DNA from: Hormoscilla sp. | GTDB lineage: Bacteria > Cyanobacteriota > Cyanobacteriia > Cyanobacteriales > Desertifilaceae | DNA: 17,563 nucleotides | Assembly: GCA_051439505.1 (NCBI GenBank) | Contig: JBFRWI010000069.1 | Span: forward strand, 1 to 17,563 | Reading direction: 5' to 3' | Shown: positions 1-5,927 of the stretch, piece after piece | How positions within the stretch are numbered: position 1 is the stretch's first letter | Layout of the letters: every line of letters begins with the position of its first letter | The notes under the pieces: generated by a model | Seen by the model: the letters and a program-made list of their open reading frames with translations, nothing else | Database searches by the model: none | What the model was told of the DNA's origin: nothing | Translations under genes and position numbers: made by a program

Positions 1-2
1 AC

Positions 3-2315
3 CCCGCTTCACACCAACACCCCCAAACGCGGGCCCCCGCACAACCTCTTACCCCCCCCTTGGGACGGGGGGCCGGGGGGGATCCTTTGGTGGCGCCACC
101 GGAAGATCCCCCCCAACCCCCCTTAGAAAGGGGGGGGCCGGAAGAAGCAGCTCGCGAGAGTGACGAGTTGGAAACTCCATCTTTGTCTTCCCAGGCAGAG
201 TTAGAACCCGAAAGTGACTCAGATGGGGAGCAGGTTCTACCCTTGGGTGGCCGGGGAGAGCAGGAGAAGGAGAGCAAGCAGCTAACCTATGAATTAGAAA
301 TAGAGAAAGCGCGAGAGGAGATCGTCAAGCATCAAGTAGTCAAGGCAGTAGGGCACCTGAGGGCCGCGCGGCAAGAGGCAGATGACAGTCAGAAAAGAGC
401 AACATTTCCCGCCTGGGCAGCATTTTATCGATGCTTGCCGCGCCAAGGTTACCAGGAGAGTTGGGAGATGGGGACCATCAGGGCCTCGGGAGTAAACAGC
501 ATCAGTATCAGTGAAGATAACCGTTACATCCTGTCGGGGAGTAAAGATGGGACTGTGAAACAATTCAAAATTCTTTCTTCAGAATTCAAAATTGGGAAAG
601 TCCCGCCAGAACAAGGATCTCGACAGCTTAACTGCCTAGATAGCTTAGAAGAGCACGGGGATGAAGTATTATCAGTAAGTCTGAATGGGGAGAGTACCCA
701 GGTGCTATCGGGGAGTGCAGACAAAACCCTGAAGCTGTGGGACATAGAAAGTAAAGCATGCCTGCGCACCTATAAAGGCCATGAAGGAGAAGTAAGCAGT
801 TGCTGTTTTAGCCCCGACGGTCGTTATCTCCTGTCCGGCAGCAGTGACAAGACCTTAAAACTGTGGGAACTGGAGGGGGCGGAATGCCTGCATACATTTG
901 AGGGCCATGAAGAGAAGATCGCATCAGTCTGTATCTCACCAGATGGTCAATACTGCTTCTCGGGCAGCGATGATGGTAGCATCAAGGTCTGGAACCTAGC
1001 CACAAAAGCATTAGTAAAGGACTTAGAAGGCCATAGGGATAAAGTAACGTCAGTAGAGGTGAGTGGGGATGGCAGAATTCTCTTATCGGGAAGCTGCGAT
1101 CGGACGATGAGGGTGTGGTCAATAGAGAAAGGGGAATGCCTGTACAATATAACAGGATTTAGAGGAGAAGTCCTGGCAGTGAGCGCGAGTTACGACGGTA
1201 GGCACGGGCTATCGGGGACAGGGGACGGGGAAATAAAATTATGGAAAATAGAGGGTGGCGAATGCTTGGAAACCTGGGAAGGGGAAGGGAGAGTGGAAAA
1301 GGTCAAGTTCAGTGGGGACAGTCGCTACGCCCTGTTTGTGAGAGGAGAGGAAATATCGGTGCGGGCCTTAGAGTGGGAAATAGCAGAGCGGGAGCCAGAA
1401 CCCTGGGATGATGGTGCCCGATCGTACCTGGAGAACTTCATCAAATTGTACTCCCTTAAAGGTGCCCAATGTCAAGAAGCCGAGTTTCAAAAGCTAATGA
1501 AAATCCTGGGATATGGGGGATATGGGTGGCTAGACCCGAAAGGGGTGCGCCAGCAGTTAGCTGCAATGTCCTCCCAGGATATGATAACAGAAGTTTCCCC
1601 ATTACAGGAAAGTTCGCAAGAACCGGAAAGTTCGCAAGAACCGGAAACTCCCCAAGTACAAGAAACTCCCCAAGTACAGGAAACTCCCCAAGTACAGGAA
1701 ACTCCCCAAGTACAGAAAACTCCTCAAGTACAGAAAACTCCTCAAGTACAGGAAAGTTCGCAAGTACAGGAAACTCCCCAAGTACCGCAAAGTCCGCAAG
1801 TACCGCAAAGTCCGCAAGTACCGAAGAAATCTTCCGAAAAAACTACGCCGCCCAAAAAGGTGCGATCGCTCATCCCAATTCTAGCAGTAGTTGTGGGAAT
1901 ATTCGGGTTAATAATGTTAAGTTTTATGTTGCGAAATGAGCCTAAATCAGGGGAGGAGGAGATAGTACCGAGTATAGGAGTAGAGGAAAGGTGCGATAAG
2001 CCGATCGCGAAAGCGAGGCAAAGGATAAGATATTATCAAGGGCAGAAAAACGACGCGGATATTGACATGCGGGTGGAAGCGGAGTTAGCATTAAAGCAGG
2101 GACTTGATGATCTGCAAAAAGAATACGATCTGCAAGGGAAACCGGAGTGTTTAGAAGAAACATTATCGAAGTTGAAGCACACCTATGCGGTAGAAATATT
2201 AGCATCAAGTGGTGAGTTGGGAAAAGCAAGAGAAATGCTGAAAGAAATACCCAGCAGTTATCGCAAGTATCCAGAAGTAGAAAAGCAACTGCAACAATGG
2301 AGAATTGAGAATTGA
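3..2315 (+). CDS. WD40-repeat protein (7 blades) with Pro/Gln/Glu repeat linker and C-terminal transmembrane anchor; 5'-truncated by the window edge
   Basis: The frame is open from base 3, so the TTG at 60 is probably not the real start. Seven WD40 units are visible (e.g. GHEGEVSSCCFSPDGRYLLSGSSDKTLKLWE). They are followed by a WDDGARSYLENF...LGYGGYGWLDP segment, the repeat linker, a hydrophobic helix LIPILAVVVGIFGLIMLSFML preceded by KKVR, and a predicted helical tail. Stop TGA at 2313-2315. Confidence 0.9.
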   Translation, partial: PASHQHPQTRAPAQPLTPPLGRGAGGDPLVAPPEDPPQPPLERGGPEEAARESDELETPSLSSQAELEPESDSDGEQVLPLGGRGEQEKESKQLTYELEIEKAREEIVKHQVVKAVGHLRAARQEADDSQKRATFPAWAAFYRCLPRQGYQESWEMGTIRASGVNSISISEDNRYILSGSKDGTVKQFKILSSEFKIGKVPPEQGSRQLNCLDSLEEHGDEVLSVSLNGESTQVLSGSADKTLKLWDIESKACLRTYKGHEGEVSSCCFSPDGRYLLSGSSDKTLKLWELEGAECLHTFEGHEEKIASVCISPDGQYCFSGSDDGSIKVWNLATKALVKDLEGHRDKVTSVEVSGDGRILLSGSCDRTMRVWSIEKGECLYNITGFRGEVLAVSASYDGRHGLSGTGDGEIKLWKIEGGECLETWEGEGRVEKVKFSGDSRYALFVRGEEISVRALEWEIAEREPEPWDDGARSYLENFIKLYSLKGAQCQEAEFQKLMKILGYGGYGWLDPKGVRQQLAAMSSQDMITEVSPLQESSQEPESSQEPETPQVQETPQVQETPQVQETPQVQKTPQVQKTPQVQESSQVQETPQVPQSPQVPQSPQVPKKSSEKTTPPKKVRSLIPILAVVVGIFGLIMLSFMLRNEPKSGEEEIVPSIGVEERCDKPIAKARQRIRYYQGQKNDADIDMRVEAELALKQGLDDLQKEYDLQGKPECLEETLSKLKHTYAVEILASSGELGKAREMLKEIPSSYRKYPEVEKQLQQWRIEN
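54..135. repeat. Inverted pair of C/G-run short dispersed repeats inside the WD40 reading frame
   Basis: 54-84 (CCCCCCTTGGGACGGGGGGCCGGGGGGGATC) matches the reverse complement of 105-135 at 25/31 positions. Each arm is itself a C6-N7-G6 hairpin. The stretch translates as PPLGRGAGGD...DPPQPPLERG. Confidence 0.75.
1605..1820 (+). repeat. Coding tandem repeat, 12 x 18 bp (consensus CAGGAAACTCCCCAAGTA, QETPQV)
   Basis: Units read QESSQE, PESSQE, PETPQV, QETPQV x3, QKTPQV x2, QESSQV, QETPQV, PQSPQV x2. Confidence 0.95.
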
Positions 2316-2371
2316 GAATTGCGAATGGAAAATTGTGAATTGAGAATTGTGAATGGAAAATTGTGAATGGA
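2296..2371. repeat. STRR-like heptamer tandem repeat (about 10-11 units, AGAATTG/TGAATTG/AAAATTG/TGAATGG)
   Basis: 7-bp periodicity is directly visible. The array overlaps the last WD40 codons and supplies the stop codon. Confidence 0.9.
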
Positions 2372-2396
2372 TGTGGGGGTGCGATCGCCATTTGCT

Positions 2397-2945
2397 GTAG
2401 GGGCACGGCATCCAAGATATTTGGGAACAGAAGAAAAGGTGAGTACCGCCGTGCCCCGGCCAGATGCGATCGCGAATGTCGTACCCAGACGGGATGCGAT
2501 CGCCTTTCATCATGTAGGTGTACGGCATCGAAGATATTTCGGTTAAGATGATAATGTGAATAGGGCCGTGCCCCGGGTTGGGGCGATCGCAAATGTAAGG
2601 TAAGGGTGCGATCGCCTGTATGTCGCGCGATCGCATTCAAGGGACAAGAAACCGGGTTTCTCAATAAATTTGGTTGAAAAGCGAGAGATGGTAAAAGAAA
2701 CCCGGTTTCTGGCGGGTTGCGCGATCGCCAAATGTCGTACCCAGATGGGATGCGATCGCCATTTGCTGTAGGGGCACGGCATCCAAGATATTTGGGAACA
2801 GAAGAAAAGGTGAGTACCGCCGTGCCCCGGCCAGATGCGATCGCGAATGTGGTACCCAGATGGGATGCGATCGCCTTTCATCATGTAGGTGTACGGCATC
2901 GAAGATATTTCGGTTAAGATGATAATGTGAATAGGGCCGTGCCCC
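2397..2945 (+). repeat. Four 61-bp REPIN/MITE-like elements (GTAGGGGCACGGC...GCCGTGCCCC) at 2397-2457, 2514-2574, 2768-2828 and 2885-2945
   Basis: Each has a GTAG-initiated left arm with an inverted right arm. There are two variants, A and C, which are 48/61 identical without gaps. Confidence 0.8.
2647..2710. repeat. 64-bp element with perfect 15-bp inverted ends AGAAACCGGGTTTCT / AGAAACCCGGTTTCT
   Basis: Arms at 2647-2661 and 2696-2710 are exact reverse complements. I recognise this repeat type from filamentous cyanobacteria. Confidence 0.85.
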
Positions 2946-3062
2946 GGGTTGGGGCGATCGCACCGGGCCTCTCGACCCCAAGCGGACCCCAACCCTGGGA
3001 TTGTCGAATTGGCCGATGTTGCCTTGGGTCGAAAGGGTAAATTAGTAGAAGTGGCCGAAAAT

Positions 3063-3180
3063 TATCAAGATTTTCTGTATTAGGCGCTTCCCCACTGTAG
3101 TAGTAGGGTGGGCACCGCCCACCGGGTGCAGATATCAAGATTTTCTGTAGTAGTAGGGTGGGCACCGCCCACCGGATGCA
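3063..3180 (+). repeat. Tandem duplication carrying two GTAG-family REP-like palindromes GTAGGGTGGGCACCGCCCACC (3103-3123, 3153-3173)
   Basis: A GTAG tetramer precedes the GGTGGGC-ACC-GCCCACC hairpin. TATCAAGATTTTCTGTA is also repeated at 3063 and 3133. Confidence 0.85.
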
Positions 3181-3239
3181 TCTGGTCTTTGGCAAATATA
3201 CCCCTACCCCGCCACCACCACCCGTTCCCAGGCAGAACC

Positions 3240-3421
3240 CCGCCACCACCACCGGAGATAGTGTGGCAATGTGTTGCATGCAACTATCAGCCAGCTGTAG
3301 GTTGAGTTCCGTGGGGAAACCTCACCGCTGGTTTTGGCGTCATCACAGGAAGGTTCGGAGAACTTCAGCCAACAAGCTGGGGGTTCCCGGGAAGTAGCCA
3401 CTTCAGAAAGTAGCACATTAC
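3240..3421 (-). ncRNA. ssrS: 6S RNA (cyanobacterial SsaA/SsrS type); ends approximate
   Basis: The minus strand reads ...CCAGCTTGTTGGCTGAAGTTCTCCGAACCTTCCTGTGATGACGCCAAAACCAGCGGTGAGGTTT...GAACTCAACCTACAGCTGG.... This forms a long rod (CCAGCTTGTTGGCTGAAGTTC pairs with GAACTCAACCTACAGCTGG), a central bubble and a closing GTGGC/GCCAC stem. I recognise the core CCGAACCTTCCTGTGAT..G(C/T)CAAAAC..GCGGTGAGGTT from cyanobacterial 6S RNAs (from memory). Length is about 180 nt. Confidence 0.78.
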
Positions 3422-3425
3422 CGTT

Positions 3426-3431
3426 ACTATA
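3426..3431 (-). promoter_or_regulatory. Putative -10 box (TATAGT) for the 6S RNA
   Basis: ACTATA on the + strand lies a few bases upstream of the inferred 6S 5' end. Confidence 0.45.
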
Positions 3432-3481
3432 GCCAAGGCTCACTTTTTATTGTAGAAATATAAACGATTGAGGTAAAAACT

Positions 3482-3763
3482 ATGTTACTTACACGTCAAG
3501 AAGCGAAAGCACAAAAACGCAATGCCAAAAGGCTGGGTCAAATCCTCCTAGATGCCAGAATAGAACTGGATAACAGACTTGCAAACCTTGAGGAAACCGC
3601 CATTTATCATGGTGATTGGGAAATGGGAACTCTTTGTGATTCACAAGAGGTCTTTGCAGTGATTGGTGAACTCTTAACTATCGCTGAAAAGTTGCCCGAC
3701 TGCAACCATTTTGAAATCGAGGACAAATTATCCCAGGTTGAAGATAAATTTTATACCTACTAA
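3482..3763 (+). CDS. Hypothetical protein, 93 aa (basic N-terminus, acidic and likely helical remainder)
   Basis: ATG is preceded by a GAGGT Shine-Dalgarno-like motif, the composition is protein-like, and a hairpin-U tract lies downstream. Confidence 0.65.
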   Translation: MLLTRQEAKAQKRNAKRLGQILLDARIELDNRLANLEETAIYHGDWEMGTLCDSQEVFAVIGELLTIAEKLPDCNHFEIEDKLSQVEDKFYTY

Positions 3764-3831
3764 GGAGATTTTCCGGTAGCAGGCACAGGGATAAACCTGA
3801 CTCACACCCACTCGCAATAGATGCGATCGCG

Positions 3832-3858
3832 CCCGCAGCAGGATATGTTGCGGGTTTT
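3832..3858 (+). terminator. Putative intrinsic terminator
   Basis: CCCGCAGCA-GGATA-TGTTGCGGG forms a 9-bp stem with one G-U pair, followed by TTTT, about 70 nt after the 93-aa ORF stop. Confidence 0.5.
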
Positions 3859-3877
3859 GCTTGTCCCGTGCTATAAT
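3848..3877 (+). promoter_or_regulatory. Putative sigma70-type promoter (TTGCGG-N18-TATAAT, extended -10 TGcTATAAT)
   Basis: Perfect TATAAT at 3872-3877 with TG at 3869-3870. It points into the gene remnant downstream. Confidence 0.5.
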
Positions 3878-3978
3878 TCAAATGCTCACTATTTACTCTA
3901 GCCTTATGAGCGACAAAGCAACTTTAGACAGGCCGAACACCTGTGCGATGAAGACGATAATAACTGCTGGCGAAATAG

Positions 3979-4150
3979 CCGAATTCTTCAAAACCAAATG
4001 GTTTTGGCATTCCTAATGAAGACAAGGTAGTGGTCACAGCCTACCAGTTTCAAATATCAGCTAACGAACATGCCAGGATACATGGATTCTTTAGAGACAA
4101 TGTTTTTTTACATCGTCTGGTTAGATCCTGACCATAATCTCTATCGCTAA
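3979..4150 (+). pseudogene. C-terminal remnant of a conserved hypothetical protein (possibly RelE/Gp49-like toxin family), frameshifted
   Basis: The frame from 3979 reads PNSSKPNGFGIPNEDKVVVTAYQFQISANEHARIHGFFRDNVF. Removing one T from the T7 run at 4103-4109 continues it as YIVWLDPDHNLYR-stop(4150). There is an in-frame TAG at 3976 and no evident start or N-terminal half. Confidence 0.65.
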
Positions 4151-4231
4151 ACTATACCGACTACAGATGGCTCACGCCGGAACGGGCCCCCTGAAGAGAA
4201 AGTACGGGTATGAGCCCGTCGCCAAGTCCGG

Positions 4232-4486
4232 CTAAAATGGAATATCGTCGTCATCCCAGTCCAGGGGAAAGGGATCCTGCTCTTCGGAGAAGTCCTCCGA
4301 CCCCTGGGACTCTGGGGGAGACCCTTGCATGTCGATCCAGCGCTTCGCGAGGGCGAGAGCCTCTGATTCGTTTTGGGCGTTGTGAACGGGGATGATGCAA
4401 TCACCACCACCTGCACTCCACACCTGTACGCAGAATACTTGTCTGGCCTCAATCAGCCAACCTTTGTAAAGCTCTGGGGAACTCAT
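4232..4486 (-). CDS. Small hypothetical protein (84 aa from ATG 4486) ending in an SSB-type acidic tip DDDDIPF
   Basis: A compact N-terminal domain (YKGWLIEARQVFCVQVW...ESEALALAKRWID) is followed by an acidic linker and WDDDDIPF-stop. The ORF track start at 4510 is a TTG; ATG 4486 is more plausible. Confidence 0.7.
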   Translation of the reverse strand: MSSPELYKGWLIEARQVFCVQVWSAGGGDCIIPVHNAQNESEALALAKRWIDMQGSPPESQGSEDFSEEQDPFPLDWDDDDIPF

Positions 4487-4580
4487 AGTCCAAGATGAAA
4501 GGATTTCCAATACTCAGAACCTAACACGATCGACCCCCAAAAGAGATAATTTGACAATATGCAAACTTAAGGGATAGGTC

Positions 4581-5276
4581 ATGAGAAAACTACTCTCACA
4601 ACTAGATCGCCTGATTTTACCTCTAGTGGCGCTGCTGCTAGCCACCCAGCTAATCTCCCTCCCTGCTGGGGCTACTGGCGTTTATCAAATGCCAAACCTG
4701 ACAGCGGGTGACAATACTTGGGTAGTCGATCGGGCCGAAGCGATCAGCCGCCTGAATGAAGGCAAACTCAGCACTCAGCTGTCCAAACTCGCCCAAGAAA
4801 CTGGCAAGGAAGTCAGGATGGTGACCATTCGCCGCCTGGACTACGGGGAAACGATCGACAGTTTTGCCGAGAAGCTGTTTGCTAAGTGGTTCCCCACCCC
4901 AGAAGCGCAAGCTAATCAAACCTTAGTGGTCCTGGATATCGTCACCAATAACATTGGCATCCGCACTGGGGCGGCTGTCAAACAGTTGATTTCCGATGAT
5001 ATTTCCCAGAGTGTGGTCTCCGAAACCATGCAAGTCCCGATCCGCAATGATAATCAATATAACCGTGCCTTCTTGGCGGCAGGCGATCGCCTCACAGCCG
5101 TCTTATCTGGCGAACCGGATCCCGGCCCCCCTACGGTCGAAGATAATGTACAGGTGGAAGGCACCTTTGCCACCGCAGAAGAAACCAAAAACAGCAACGC
5201 CACTACCTGGGTGATAGTCTTGCTAATTCTGGCGACCATTATCCCGATGGTTACCTACTTCTGGCTGTACCAATGA
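4581..5276 (+). CDS. psb32: Photosystem II repair/assembly protein Psb32 (TPM/TLP18.3 domain)
   Basis: Signal peptide ending in A-G-A, then ATGVYQMP, VTIRRLDYGETIDSFAEKLF.KWFPTPEAQANQTL, LSGEPDPGPP and a C-terminal TM helix ending ATIIPMVTYF. Confidence 0.9.
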   Translation: MRKLLSQLDRLILPLVALLLATQLISLPAGATGVYQMPNLTAGDNTWVVDRAEAISRLNEGKLSTQLSKLAQETGKEVRMVTIRRLDYGETIDSFAEKLFAKWFPTPEAQANQTLVVLDIVTNNIGIRTGAAVKQLISDDISQSVVSETMQVPIRNDNQYNRAFLAAGDRLTAVLSGEPDPGPPTVEDNVQVEGTFATAEETKNSNATTWVIVLLILATIIPMVTYFWLYQ

Positions 5277-5306
5277 TGGCTAGGGGGTTGCTTGCCAGGA
5301 ACTATT

Positions 5307-5705
5307 CTAGTCCTGAACGTACTCTTGTCCGGAGAGCAGAGCCAGTTCTGCCCTGATGAATTCTCGTCCCAGATAGGCCGCGTGATCTAATAGGGTCACG
5401 GGGCAAGGCTGGGCCTCTTCAAAAATCTTTACACATAATTCTTTGGCGGTTCTGGCAGTATACAGGGTTTCGGCGGTGCGTTCCACCTTACCCCGTGCGG
5501 GGATAACCTTGCCCGTTTCTGGATCGACAGCCCTACCCCGATCGTCGATTTCATTGGTGAAATGCTTGGCACAAATTAACTTGGCCTCTCGATCCAGGTA
5601 GATAATGAAGTACCCGCCATTATCGAGGGCGAGGTCGCGCTGGGAGAGTTGGTCATCAATGGCGGCAATGTCTTGGGCAATTTGATTCATGAGAGATAAT
5701 TTCAC
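5307..5705 (-). CDS. DUF4346 domain-containing protein
   Basis: Motifs LD..GYFIIYLDRE, RTAKELCVKIFE and LDHAAYLGRE..RAE.AL..GQEYVQD. The start could be the second Met. Confidence 0.85.
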   Translation of the reverse strand: MKLSLMNQIAQDIAAIDDQLSQRDLALDNGGYFIIYLDREAKLICAKHFTNEIDDRGRAVDPETGKVIPARGKVERTAETLYTARTAKELCVKIFEEAQPCPVTLLDHAAYLGREFIRAELALLSGQEYVQD

Positions 5706-5825
5706 TCGCGATTAACCTTGTTATTTTATTTTATTCTAGTCCAAGCCAGAGCGGGCGATCGCATTTCCCTCAAGAACCTGTGTTCTTTCCTGTCTAGCAT
5801 CGATCTGAAGTCCCTCGCCGGAACC

Positions 5826-5850
5826 CGTTCCCAGGGAAACCCTGGGAACG
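5826..5850. repeat. Perfect 11-bp hairpin CGTTCCCAGGG-AAA-CCCTGGGAACG (dispersed palindromic repeat; possible terminator for the Rpn gene)
   Basis: Exact inverted repeat. A half copy, CCCGTTCCCAGG, occurs at 3221-3232. Confidence 0.75.
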
Positions 5851-5927
5851 AGGGGTGGGGCTAGACAAACGTTCTCCTGCGCGGGCTATATGACAAAATC
5901 GCCCAACCCTGGAGCTAAAAGCGATTT

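Larger units (their letters stand above)
2380..2962. repeat. HIP1-delimited modular repeat array containing a 212-bp direct duplication (2380-2591 and 2751-2962)
   Basis: The two copies are offset by 371 bp and differ at 2 positions. GCGATCGC starts at 2381, 2466, 2496, 2583, 2608, 2627, 2721, 2752, 2837, 2867 and 2954. Confidence 0.95.

Noticed and set aside
480..1380. Diversity-generating retroelement target in the WD40 repeats
   Set aside because: There is no template/variable repeat pair differing only at adenines, and no reverse transcriptase in the window.
1469..1939. Alternative-frame and antisense ORFs over the 18-bp repeat
   Set aside because: They stay open only because the tandem repeat lacks stop codons in those frames.
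2380..2962. CRISPR array
   Set aside because: The only constant repeat is 8 bp, the intervening segments vary from 11 to ~86 bp and are themselves repeated, and there are no cas genes.
1942..3443. Overlapping ORF-track entries (e.g. 1942-2664, 2205-2636, 2543-2992, 2914-3279, 3158-3397)
   Set aside because: They are translations of heptamer, HIP1 and REP repeats or of the 6S RNA (e.g. HSQFSIHN and AIA/RSH/CDR patterns), with no protein-family motifs.
3882..4016. 44-aa ORF (36 aa from ATG 3906) downstream of the TATAAT promoter
   Set aside because: It has no clear RBS or recognisable motif and overlaps the gene remnant in another frame. It cannot be supported, although it may be scrambled 5' sequence of that gene.
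4232..4486. Calling the DDDDIPF protein a true SSB (ssb)
   Set aside because: The N-terminal domain is about 52 aa and shows no OB-fold SSB motifs.
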